The notes beneath the pieces are model-generated. The model was not told where the DNA came from and did not search any database. It worked only from the letters and a program-made list of their open reading frames with translations. A program made the translations under genes and the position numbers. A DNA stretch of 64,000 nt from Vitrella brassicaformis CCMP3155. Lineage: Eukaryota > Protista > Chromerida. Shown here in pieces: positions 47,301-59,563 of the stretch. The stretch's first letter is position 1. Every line of letters starts with the position of its first letter. The DNA lies in assembly GCA_001179505.1 (NCBI GenBank), contig CDMY01000347.1:186001-250000 (forward strand), read 5' to 3'.

Positions 47301-50300
47301 AGCCCATCCAGGGCTTCACGCCCCAGACACTTCAGCTGCAGCTGCACCCGTCGGACCCCAGCGTGGCGCTCTCCAAGCAGCACCGCAGCGGCCTGTTGCT
47401 CAAGCACTTCAGGGAGCTGCCCACAGACGAGGGCAAAAACGGCTGGACCAATCCCGTCCGGTTCGCCGTGACAGTGACGCTGCCCGACGGTCTGCCCGAG
47501 CAGAGCTTCGAGTTGAGCATCCCCAAGGAGCGCATGCGCGACCTGGCGGGCAATGTCAACGAGCAGGATGTCGTCTACCACGTGGAATACGACAGGACAC
47601 CACCCGAGATGACGCTATCCAAGACATCCCCCGACACCCTCGTTCTCGACAGCCCTTTCAGCGTCACACTCACCGCGTCTGAGAGCGTCCGCACGCTCGA
47701 GGCGACGGCGCTGCGAGTCGATGGGGGGCGTGTGTCGCGACTGACGCCGCAGGGCCACAATGCGTTTGTGGCTGAGGTCATTCCTGAGACGGTGGGTGAG
47801 ATCCGTGTGGAGGTGCCATCAGACGAGGTGGAAGACTTCGCTGGCAATGCCAATGAGGAGAAGGCCGCGCTCCTGCTCAACTATGGTGAGACCCACACAC
47901 ACCCCCACCCACAAGACTAAACAGCAAACAGCACACCCCCTCTCGTGTTGACGTGATTGCTTGCAGTGCCGAAGCAGCCGTGGGGCATCACCCTCCCCCC
48001 GTCGCTCTTCAACGACGCCACGTCCCCATCTTTGGCCGCCCACCTGACCACTCTACGGCAGGGCGGCATCGCCAAGATGCGGCTCATGAAGTGGCCCCCA
48101 CACGAGGCGCTCACCCTGCTGCAGACGGTGTTCGGCGACGAGGCAGAGGTGGTCGTGACGGTGCCCAATCACGCCATCTCCACCTATGCGGCTGATTTCA
48201 CTGCCTCGCGGGAGCTGCTGAACGGGCTGGCGCCATTCGAGAGGATCATTCGCTACGTCGTGGGTAGGCAACATGAATTCTCCTTGTATACGCGACGCGC
48301 ATGGTGGGTCCATGCTCGCTTGCTGTGATGTGTTTTGCGTGCAGTTGGCAATGCGCCCGACCAGGAGAGCGCGGAGAAGGAGTCGAATCCGCCACTGCTC
48401 GCTTCCCTGCTGCAGGCACTCATGAACCTGCTCAAAGTGAGTGGATGGGATGCACTGCACTGGCTGCAGAGAAGGAAGAGACGCTCACACTTTCATTCTT
48501 TCGTCTGCCTCCAGGCGGCCGACGAGACCCTCTCCCCTCTCCAACAGCGGATCACCGTCTCGTGGAGCTCCGATGCCTTCACACATACCTTCCCACCATC
48601 AACAGCTCGCCTCGCCGGCACCACAGAGGACGGCCATTTCCCGGAGGATTCGCAGGACGTCCTGTACCAGACACTGAAGCTGCTGCGCAGCCAGGGCAGG
48701 GGCCTGCCCTTCCTCTTCTCGCTCAACCCCTATAGGATGTGGCTCGACGGGCGTGACAGCCGAAAGCTGCCCATCGCGTACGCTGTTGGGGCGTCAAAGC
48801 CAATGGTCAAGGACTCCTCCACCAACGAGTCATACGCCTGGGTGGGGGAGGCGAGGCTACTGGCGGCCAGGACAGCTATGGACCGAGCAGGCTTCGACGG
48901 CATTCCTCTGGCGGTGAGTGACATCTACTGGCCCGCCAAGAGCGAAGACGGCGCGAGCACAGCGCTGGTAAAGGCGCTCTTCGAGAGCCTGATGTCGATC
49001 ACGTCGGCCAACAGGACGGTGGAGGCCTGGTGGGGCAGCGGCGATCACGACGCGCCATCGGGGACCCTCGTCAAGAAGGACGGCCACTTCGTGTGGGAGG
49101 GCACCCTGCCCGAGTGCTACCAGCTGCAGCACAAGGTTACGGGCAAGACCAAGGCCAGCCCCGCGCTCAGCCACGAGAGCTCCGCCTTCGCCGACAGCGC
49201 ACTCGCGTGCGCCCAGCAGTGCCGCGAGGTGACGTCCTGCGGGTCGTGGGTGTACCGCTACAAGGCCAACCAGTGCACCACCTTCACGGCCCCGCCCGTT
49301 GGCTCGCTGCGGCGAGAGGGTCTGCTCGAGGTGGGCGGCCTCACATACGTCATGGTCAACGACGAGCCAGTCGTGTCGGGCTCGCGCGTCTGCGAGGAGG
49401 CAAAGGGCGGTAAGCGTACAGGCAGGCAGGATTGCGTGTTCTCTCTGATTCTTTTGTGCTCTCTCCGTCCAGATATGTCCTCCCCCTCGGCACCGTCGCG
49501 AGTGTCCCGCAGCCCCAAGGTGCCCTCGACCGACGAGGGCCCCCTGCTCGACCCACCCAACGTGCCGCAGCAGGTGGCCAACAGCAGCGTTAATGAGACG
49601 GCCCAACACATCCCCACGCCGCCCGTGGTGCCCCTCGAGCGGCTCCTGGCGGTGCGGCTGCTGCTCGACTACGATGAGGTGCTGAAGACGGAGGCGTCTC
49701 GCGCTGACCTGCTGGAGGGGCTGAGGACAGCCGTGGCGGACTCGCTGTGGATTGCCAAGAACGACTGCACCATCAAGGGACTCATCCGGGGGTCCGTCGT
49801 TGTGCTGCTCAGCGTGGCTGCACCGAATGAGTTCAAGGATCAGTCCTCCCTAGAAAAGGCATGGTTTGAGATCCTCACAGGTACGCCTCTCCTCCTCATC
49901 TTTCCCACACACACACGGTCAATACAATCCTCTGCATCCGCCCTCTCCTTCTGCTGCTGGGCTGGGCTGTGGTTGGCTGTGGTGGCTTGCAGATCCGCTC
50001 TCCCCGCTGCGTCAGGCGTTCCCCATCGACCCCTACTTCCCCTCCTTCGTCGAGGTGCCCACCCTCAACTCCCCTCAGGGCATCTTCGACGAGTCATGGG
50101 AGGACATCCGCTCCTCAATCCAGCCCAACACACCCCTGCCCGTCAACAACAATTTTATCGGCCAGGCCATCGGGCGGCACTTCCCACCAGCCACATACAA
50201 TCGCCCGCCGGCAGCCAACCACAACGAGACGCACAGCGGGCCACGGGCAGAGGAGGGCAGGAGTGAAAAGGGCGGCTCGCACCTAGCGAGAAGCGGCTCG

Positions 50301-51179
50301 CCGGCGCTTGAAGAGCAGGGAGGCTTCCCGGTGTGGGCGGCGGCAACCGTCATTGTGTTCCCCTCTGTCATCATTGCGGCCACGCTCATTCTCGGCATAC
50401 GGCGGAAGCGAGCAGCGGCAGCCAAGCCGTCGTCCCGGCCGCCCAGCCCGCAGAGCACCCATGCCACCAATTCGCCCAAGTCGGTCAGCGACCACCAAGT
50501 GACGACTTGCAGCAGGGCGGCAGACAGCAGCGAGGCCCCCCCACAGCAGCAGATGAGGGCTCCCCTTGTGATCCCCTCCACATTGCGGGGCGGGGGAGTC
50601 GGTGCACTCTTCCGCTGCACACGGGCGCCAACCAGCCCCTCCTCGCCTGCACAGCCGGGCGGGAGCGGGTACCTCTCGCCGCGATTTGCCGTCGGCTCCG
50701 AGACGGCGTCGAACGGCAACACCACGCCGGTCTCCGCGGCCAGTGGGACTCCGCGGTGTCCGGCGGAGAAGGGCAGCTTCTGTGTGTGGAGCGTCGACTC
50801 GCACTCAGAGGGGCTGAAGGAGGGCGTGGAGACCTTCCTGGCCGGCAAAATCACGCACGACAGAGACAGGGGAGAGAGAGAGAAGGAGGAGAGTCACTCC
50901 ACCGCTGCTGCTGGTGGAGGAGGTGGAGGTGGACGTGGAGGTGGCGGCGGAGGTGGCGGCGGAGGTGACGAGGGCGGTGGTCGGCACGTGTCTTACAGCA
51001 AGGTGTGTTCGGTGTCGAGCACGCCACAGCCGCCCGGGTCGCCCTCTGCGGGCCCATCGCAGTGGCCGGGCGACCTGTACCTGAGCGTGGAGACGGTGGT
51101 CGACGACCTGGTCGTCGAGAGGCTGGTGGAGGAGGAGGAACGGTCAACCTCTTATAGACCCGACGTGGGGGTGTGTTGA
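44331..51179 (+). CDS. Giant type-I membrane adhesin-like protein: signal peptide, PAN/Apple domains, Ig-like and bacterial Ig-like repeats, GH17-fold domain, third PAN, SEA-like domain, TM helix and Ser/Pro-rich tail
   Basis: PAN: EECWSLCEPLPECQGIVY...GCWLK and EECWEQCRPMPECHGMVF...KCYLK. Ig-like: TVSFSESVEGL, HVTLSEPVTGF...DAAGN, DLAGN, DFAGN. GH17-like: LRQGGIAKMRL, VTVPN, VVVGNAP, LNPY, VSDIYWP. TM: VWAAATVIVFPSVIIAATLILGIRRKR. Confidence 0.8.
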
Positions 51180-51679
51180 TATATATAAGGGCCTTCCTGT
51201 CTGTGGTGGGTTGTTGTCTTTCTTGTACAGCTGGCTGTAGGTGGGGTGATGAATCACGTACAGCTATTTCTGATGCATTGCATTCATTGCATGGTGCTGA
51301 CTGATAACATTATTGATTGCTTCGTGTGTTTTTTCCAAGGGACAGGGAGGGGGGAGGGGGAGGGCATTTCATTGGTTGGCGGTGAATCGCTTGTTGTGTT
51401 TTTTTGCTGAGCTTGCCGTCCATCGACTCACTCACAGATGTTTCACACGTACACATGTTGTTATTGATTCATTCACTCACTGTACACCCGTTTGTGTCAT
51501 AATAATACTGTTTGAGTATTATATCGCTGAGGAGGTCGGGAGGCGGCGGTGTTTATTTATTTGTAAGGGGAAGAGACACATACCATGACACACACACACA
51601 CCTCACTGGACGTGAACCTGTGTGTTTTATACATCCACACGTGCACATGTGTGCTGGTTGGTGCCCTCTATTTCTCTTC

Positions 51680-51714
<35 letters not shown>

Positions 51715-52817
51715 AGCAACCCACCCACACTCACAGCCACTTACCCCAATTGGCTGTCTTGTCTACTCCATGAAGCAACGTTGGTCAGCCCATCAAGGAA
51801 GAGGCAGACAGACAGACAGGAATGAATTGATTGCTGGCCTTTGTGACGTGGGTTTTGTGACTACTACTACAGGCAGGCAGACAGACAGACAGAGACAGGA
51901 TAACTGTGTGGGAGAGTATGTGTTGCGTGTTTCGTGTTGCGTGTTATGTTTTGTGGGGGTGGGGCGGTGAGGCTTACAGGGGCGGGTTTATTAGGGCCCC
52001 CTTTGCTGAGCGGATGCCATAAATGCCATTGGAGCTGACTGTGGTGTGGTGTGCTGTCCTGCGCGTGGCTACTGCTGATAGATTGGTACGTACGCAGATT
52101 GACTGATGCGTGTTTCATGCTGAGTGTGTGAGGTATTTGTACGGCCCTGGCTCATGGCATGGCATGGATGGGATGGGATGGGATGGCTGACCGACTGTTG
52201 TTTGTGGATATTATATATATACACATACATACCATACACACCTATGACGTACATACTCTCTCCCTCCCTCCCTCTCTCCCTCTCTCCCTCCATCTCTTTC
52301 TCTCTCTCTATATGTCTCCTTGTTCCTCTTTCCTCTCCCCCGGTAACATGCGCATGGCCATTGGATGTGTTAAAGGAAGAGGCGGCCTCCGTCCGTCCAT
52401 CCGTTGGCCTGCCTAAGTGCATGCCGTTGTGTGGGGGGCTGTGATGTGGTGCTCGTTGGTCGGGCGGTTGTGGTGGGCTAGATGGATGTGCACCATTCAG
52501 GCAGACAGACAGACATGTGCTAAGTAAGTGGACTCGCTGCGCCGCGCTCACACTCATCATCTGATAGTTAACGCTCGAACACGTTTACAAGGACCAAGCT
52601 AATGTCGCCGCGCTGTCCACTCCTTTGGCACGTTTTTCCTTCACCAGTCTGTCTGTCCGTCGGGCCACTTTCTCTCTACCGACCATCATCTTGGCATTGT
52701 CATGGCACTGGGAGGTTTAAACAGAACGAGCTCTCTCTCTCTCTCTCTCCTCCCCCCCGCGCGAACGCATCATTCACTCGTCATTGTCGCTGCGTCTCGG
52801 CAGTTGGCTTGTCTTTC

Positions 52818-55800
52818 TCAGGCATGATGATGATGATGGTGATGACCATGACAATGATGACAATGATGACGACTCTCCTCCTCAGGCACTTCCATCTGAA
52901 ACACAGAGGGCAGCGGCTTGCCTTCGTCGACCGCCTTGCAGACGGGGAAGTCGGATCGCTTGGCGGGGTCGCTGGGCGGGTCGCGGCCCAGGAAGGCTCG
53001 GTCTTTGAAGAGCTCCTCGTCTGGTGTGCCGGGCGCCACGCACCACCGCCGCATAGTCAGGGGCTGTCCGTCAGGCAACGTCATCTTGGCCCTGGGGGAG
53101 TGAGAATGGAGCCATGAGAAGGACAGAAAGAGACGTGTGTGGTGCGGTGTGGTGTGGTGTCTCTGCAGATACATACTTGATTTTGTCGAGGAACTCATCG
53201 AGGCAGCACTCGGCCTTGCCCCCGCAGACGGGCATCTCGCGGCCGTTGTAGATGATCTTGACGAAGTGCTGGGCCTCTGGCCATCCACACACAGACACGC
53301 ACACGTAGAGACACACGCACTTACAGAGTGCACTGTTCTGCCTTGTTTGTTCCCTGCTCTGCAGACTTACTTCCGTTGACGCGTTTCTCCCAGAGCTCCC
53401 AGAAGATCGACGAGGCGAAGGGCGGCTGCTCGTCGTCAAACACGTCCATCGTGCCTAACCCCCACACACGCAGGAAGGTCATTGTGCCGTCACGTGTGTG
53501 TCGGGTGGCGATCTGTGACCCCTTACTGAGTGCAGCCGCGATTGTGCTGTCGTGAGCACTCATCAAAAGGAACTTCAGCGTCACGAACCTCATGTCGCTC
53601 ATGCCGGGGTACTGCAGGCCACGCAATGCAATCCACAGAACCAAACAGCTTTGGCGCACACAGATGGTTCAACACAACACGCAGACCGACAGACCTTCTT
53701 GATGATCTTGGATGCCTCTCTGAGTGACTGTCGGTCGCCCTTCGCCTTTGCCTTGATCGCAGTGACGAGGACGTCGTAAAAGGCCGACGTGGCCACGCGG
53801 GCGTAGAACTCGTCGTCCCAGATCTGTTTCATTCATGTGTCTGTTTCTCCTTTGCCTCGTGTGTGTGTCTCTGTCTGTCTGTCTGTCTGGTGTGCACTGC
53901 TGACGAATGAGAATTTGTGGTCGAGAGCGCGTTGGACGAAGTGGATGTCGCGGGGGTCCTGCAGAATCACATGGCGGCCGTCGGCGATCTGACACGTCAC
54001 GGCGTCGCCCATCTGGGCACACAAACTGACCACAGGACACCGCAGCCATGTCGCCCGCCGGGCATGTCTGTGTGTCTGTGTGTCTGTGCTGCGTACTCGT
54101 AGACGCTTTCGGTGAAGCACCAGTTGGGGTCAGGGGAGCCAGGGGGGGTTCTTGGCCAGAATGCTCTGGCATTCCTTGTCGTACTTATCCTGCACGTCAT
54201 GCCAAGTCTGCAGACACACAGACACACACACACACACACACACAGACACAGACATTCACAGGTGTTGGTCGATGGGATGGCTCGTACTGACCAGGTCGCG
54301 GAGTGCCTCGGGCCTCTTCTTGGCGCGTTTGATTTTGCCGGCGAGCATATCGAGGTAGAACTGGCGTGAGGGGCTGGGATACTCCTGGTCCTCGCCGTGT
54401 TTGGCCTTCCAAAGCTCCTCGTAGTGGCCACACGCCGCGGGCTCCTGGCCCAGAATCAGCGGGTCGTTGTGCTTGTCGGCCGTGAACACTGCAGACAGAG
54501 TTCGCACAATCTGGTCCGTGGCTCTCTTGGATGTGCTGCAGCGCGGTGAAAGCATACCAGGCACGATTTGCCAGTCCCCTGGGAGCGGTCGTTTGTTGAG
54601 GTAGGTGAAGGGCCGGAGGTCGATGTTGTTCTTGGCGGCGTAGCGATGCAAGTAGTCGCGCGTCTCGAACTCTCTAACAGGAGAGGGAGGCATCAGAAGA
54701 AGATAGCCCATATGTTCTTCTTTACTCGTTGGTACCTGACGCCTCCCCAGCCGAATTTGTCGGACATGTCTCTTCGGTCGGGCTCGCCCGGACCCTCGTT
54801 GTAGGTGTCCCGACGCATGGCGGCTTGGCCAGCAGAGAACTGCTCACCTGCACACATAGGCGCAAGCAGCCCGAGTGTGTGTGTGGATGCTGGTCGGCTT
54901 GTCCGTTACATACATACCTGACTCAGGGGGGTAGAGTCCGGCCATTTGTGCCATGGCCGACATGACAGTGCGCCATATGGCTGAAGAACGGATGCAGACC
55001 TCCTCCTGCAAACAGTGCTAGAGCGGGAGGTCGGCTTGCTTCTGTGTGTGTGTGTGTGCGTGTGTGCAGAAAGACTTCAAGGAGAACGAAAAGGATGGAT
55101 GGTGGGGAGGACGCAGCGGCCTGACCAGCATCGGCCAACTGCAGGCACGACATGCACCCCACGACACATCCAGACAGAGAGGGTCTAGTCTCAGAGATTG
55201 CATGTGCTGCTCTGTACGTTCAGCAATACCTCCTCGGGAGCATCATTCGCAAGAAGTACATCGAGAACGTCAAGCCACCCCTCCTTTCGCCGAGCTTCAA
55301 ACCGGTGCGTTGCGCGCAGTCAGAACATCGGGACGTGCAGACACACGGATGTCTGTCTCCACAGACGGGGGCAGCGGCGCAGCACTCTCTGCGTCTGTCT
55401 CATCTCACGTACGGTGAAGTAGCGGTACGGTGCCCGTGCGCCGTGACGGCACATCTCCACCACAAAGACCAGCCTGTCACTCAATCCTGCAAGAGCGAAA
55501 GACGAGACGCACAAACGGCACGAGTTCTGCAATGAATGCAGTGCCAAGCGGCCCGCTGAGGTTTGCCCGAGCCCACCGGTGCGAGCATGCAGGAACGAAG
55601 TCGCTGTGGCGTTTCCGAGCTCCTCCTCCTCGGACTCTGGCACGGAATCATCCTCAACATCAGGTGGCGCCCCAGAGGGGCTGTGGCGGATGTTGTGATA
55701 TGTGCCGTTGTTCTCGATCAGGGTGTCCTGGAGGGAATCGTCTATGAAGTCATCGATGCCGAACTGACTCACATCACCACCACCAGAGGGCACTGCGGGC

Positions 55801-55877
55801 GGGACGATGGACTGGACAAACGAGTTGGCATTGACGAACTGACCAAGGACGACGAAAAGAAAAACGTAGACGTGCAT
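52818..55877 (-). CDS. Secreted histidine acid phosphatase (branch 2), paralog A; two internal exons inverted; His-rich C-tail
   Basis: Signal peptide MHVYVFLFVVLGQFVNA, RHGARAP, IRSSAIWRTVMSAMAQMAGLYP, LLMSAHDST, QPPFASSIFWELW. Exon-by-exon match to paralog B. Confidence 0.9.
55041..55365 (+). other. Inverted segment carrying two phosphatase-A exons (55070-55144, 55224-55304) on the + strand
   Basis: The exons encode KDFKENEKDGWWGGRSGLTSIGQLQ and QYLLGSIIRKKYIE...FKP, matching paralog B exons. All junctions are phase 0. A candidate inverted microhomology is TCTGTG (55041-46) / CACAGA (55360-65). Confidence 0.85.
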
Positions 55878-55984
55878 CTTGCAACAGCTTTGCTGCAGGG
55901 CACCCACTGCGAGCCTGAGACCGGCCCCCACCCATCCGATCGGCCAGAAACCTTCCGGGCTTTCCGGGCCAGCGCAGTGAGGCG
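55878..55984. promoter_or_regulatory. Putative 107-bp bidirectional promoter region between the two phosphatase start codons
   Basis: Divergent ATGs at 55877 (-) and 55985 (+). Contains an inverted CACTGCG/CGCAGTG pair and a direct TTCCGGGC repeat. Confidence 0.5.
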
Positions 55985-58900
55985 ATGTGGCGCGTGGCAT
56001 TTCTCTTGTTTCTGTGTGCTGCATGGGCCAATGCGGGGTCCATCGGTGGCCTGGTGAGCCACAAAATACAAGATCTCGCACCACACCACACCATCCATCA
56101 CCTGGTGTGCATTTCGTGCCATGTGAGCAGTCTGCGGAGCCCCGGGTTGTGATATCCGATACGGATGACTTCGAGGAGGTCCTCACCGATGCGGGCGGGC
56201 GCTACTTCAACATCCGCCATAACCCTGCTGCCAGCAGCCGGGACGAATCGGCGTGCTACGGGTCTTCGTGCAGCATCGGCGATGGCCTCACAGGCGGCGC
56301 CAACTCATCCTCCTTTGCAGAGGCCGGGGACCCAGCAGGTACTGTACGGTACGCATGGAGAGAACAATGGATGGATGCACTCGGCGGCTGTGGGATATAT
56401 GAATGAATGAGTGCATTTGCAATGTGGTGGTGGTGGTGTTGTCCAGATGAGATGAGGCTGCTGATGGTAGTGGAGCACTGCAGACACGGTGCCCGCGCAC
56501 CCAAGCGACAATATGAGGTACGAAGTGGACCACCGGCATGGATGGAGGGATGGATGCATCATGACATGAGGCCTGTTGAGCTTCCTTTATGTGTGCTGTG
56601 TGTCATCATATGCAGGGAAACTTGACGGAGAACCGAATCAGCTACCAGAACTGGTGGATGGATGGGACCCGCAATCATTCTCCGATCTGGAATGGAGGCC
56701 GTTCGTGTGTGTGTGTGTGTGTGTGTGTGTTCAGGTATGGAGGCCACAGCGCGCTGACGCAGCTCGGCCAACTGCAGGTGGGACGATGGAACCAACGATG
56801 GTGCCCTCCATGACATACACAGACGGAATGCCACCGGGTTGTCTTCTCCAGCACTTCGTCCTTGGCTCCATAATGCGCAAGCGATACGTGGAGGAATACA
56901 AACTCCTCTCTAAAGAGCTGAGAACGGTCAGAAGGATGCACTGCACTCCAGCGGACACGCACGCACGCCGGAGTGCGTTTGTTGTCGCAGGAGGAGATCT
57001 ACATCCGTTCGTCAGCCATTTGGCGCACCGTTATGTCGGCCATGGCACAAATGGCCGGACTCTTCCCCTTACAAGCCGGTCCACCCCCCAGCCACCGAGA
57101 CCCATCCACACACACTCTCGCCTATGTCTCCTTGTCTCCTCCCATCTGATGCGAATGACTGACAGGCCCCGGCTATAGCGAGCCAGAAGAGACCATGCGG
57201 ACGGTGGTGTACCAGCACCCCAAATCGCGGCCCAACCTGACGGAGTTCTTCGGGTGGAAGGACGTCCGCGAGTTCGACACAGTGCATTACCTCCATGACT
57301 TCGCCTGCCAGCACCACGTCGACATCAAACAGTTCACAACACAGCAGAAGTTCCCACTGCCCACCGGATGGCAAATCGTGAGCAGAGCAAACCGGGATGG
57401 GCTTGACGCACTCAACGAGGGAAGTTCTGGACCCCTTTGTGTGTGTGCGTGTGTGTTTGTGTGTGTGTGCGTGTCAGGTGCCTGTGTTCACTGCCGACAG
57501 AAAGAATGACATGATCCTGCAGGGAATGGTACGCCACTCACACGCATACCTCCGCTCATACGCATCCACGCGTTGACCCGTGTCTTTTCTGTCGTCGGCT
57601 GTGTGTGCAGGAGGTCAGCGGGGTTCGCTGGCGTGTGCTGCAATTGGTAGCCTGTCTGTCTGTCTGTTGCTCAATCAGCCGTTTGCGTGCGACCAGTACG
57701 AGAAGCTCTGGAAAGCCAAACACGGCGAGAGCAAGACATACCCTGACCCCTGCTCTCAGGTGGTGTCAGGCCATCCATCCACAAGACGTGGCATGTCAGT
57801 TATTGTGGTAGTGTGTGTCCTGTTGGCCTGCCTGCAGTATTACATGGACTTCAGCAGCGGCCAATGGGACCGCAAAGCCGACAAACCACCCGAGTTCAAG
57901 GGCATGGTACACCTACTGCAGGCCATGGCTGCACAGCCAGGCCAGGTTTTGCCCATTTGTCTGCTCGTATTTGTGTTTCTTCGCCCACAGAACTGGATCA
58001 AGCTCAACGACAAGTACAAAGCCGATCTGGAAAACCTACTGAAGAAAAATCCTCCCGGTACCTGGACATCCAGACGGCGACAGAGAGAGAAGGGTCCAAA
58101 ATGCAGTTAGTGAGTGGCCGGCCGTCGGCCGTCTCCTACCTTGTCTGTCAGGGCCTGTCAACGCCGAGTTCTGCATGCAGGACGACCCTCTCGGGTAGGC
58201 AGGGCAGCTGGGTGGCTGGCGATGTATGTGTCATGTGTCATGTGCAATGTGTCTGTGCGTGTGGTTGGGTCGGTCGACGCATACATACACACATGTACAT
58301 GCAGTGTGGTGGCGCTGTTGGGCGACGTCACACAGTGCCTTATCGCCGGTAGGTACGCAGGCAGACGGAACGAACACATATCCGGTTGTGAGACACGTCT
58401 TGGTGCAGCTGGCCGCAAGACGGTCTTCAACAATGACGATATCAAGTAAAAAGGAGGGAGTCTCTCTGCTGCCGGGTTATGTCATCTGACTGGTGTGGTG
58501 TGTCCAGAAAGTTGAATTTCTTCAACGACCTCCGATATGTCTTCAACTGGGGAGACGAGGTCAGTCCGTGGCGCGCAGCACAGCACAGCCACACATGGGT
58601 GGTGTCCATCCACCTGTGGCGGTGTCCGTCCCGTGTGTGCAGTTCTACGCGCGTGTCTTTTCTGCGGCCTTCTACGGCATTTTGCTGACGGCCTTCACCG
58701 CCAAGGCCTCACACGACCCCAAACTCATACGCACCGCCGCCAAGACTATCAAGAAGGTCCGTATGAGAGGGAGTGGAGTGTATGGCGATGGTCTGTCTGT
58801 CTGTGTGCGTGTGTGTGTGTGAGCACTACCCTGGTATGGGTGAGATCCACATGGACAAGCTGAAGCTGCTGCTGTTCAGCGGCCACGACACCACCATAGC

Positions 58901-59563
58901 CGGAATGCTCGATGTCATGGGCGTCTTCGACTACACACAACCGCCGTAACCACACCTCACCCCACCACACACGCACATCGATCACATGCATTCGCACACA
59001 CATATACACATCCACGTCGATGCCCCTGGCCGGCCACGCAGGTTTGCGTCGTCTGTGTTCTTCGAGCTGTGGGAGAGGGGCAAGCAGCACTACGTCAAGG
59101 CAAGCAAAACAAGCCGACAGACAGACAGAGAAACAAACAAACATGCCAGCCACATGTGCGTGTCTCGGTCTGTGTGTCTGCAGGTGATATACAATGGCAA
59201 GGAGCTGGACCCCTGCGGCGATGGCAACACAGGCGGATGCCGGCTCTTCAAATTTGCCCACAAAATCAAGTAGCCAGCCACGACACAACACAACACCACA
59301 CCGAAGAACTCCCTCCCTCCCTCCCCCTGTGTGTCCGCGTCTGCAGGGGCAAGATGACCTTGCCCGACCAGTCTCTGCTGACGATGGAGCGGTGGTGCAT
59401 GTCGCCCGACTCCCCCGACGAGCACATGTTTGAGGACAAGGACTTCCTCGGCCGCGACCCGCCCAAGAAACACGCCACGCGGGCCGACTTCCCCGTGTGT
59501 GTGGACCTGGACAAACACACGGGGAAGAGCAGCTTCATGGAAATGAAAGTAGGACACATGTAG
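55985..59563 (+). CDS. Secreted histidine acid phosphatase (branch 2), paralog B
   Basis: Signal peptide MWRVAFLLFLCAAWANA, VVEHCRHGARAP, SALTQLGQLQ-HFVLGSIMRKRY, LLFSGHDTT. Stop at 59561-59563. Confidence 0.92.

Noticed and set aside
50900-50975. (GGT/GGC)n tract
   Set aside because: It encodes an ordinary poly-Gly linker in the adhesin tail.
52818-59563. A third phosphatase paralog on the + strand at 55.07-55.30 kb
   Set aside because: The two exons fill exactly the gap in paralog A and have no flanking exons of their own on +, so an inversion explains them better.
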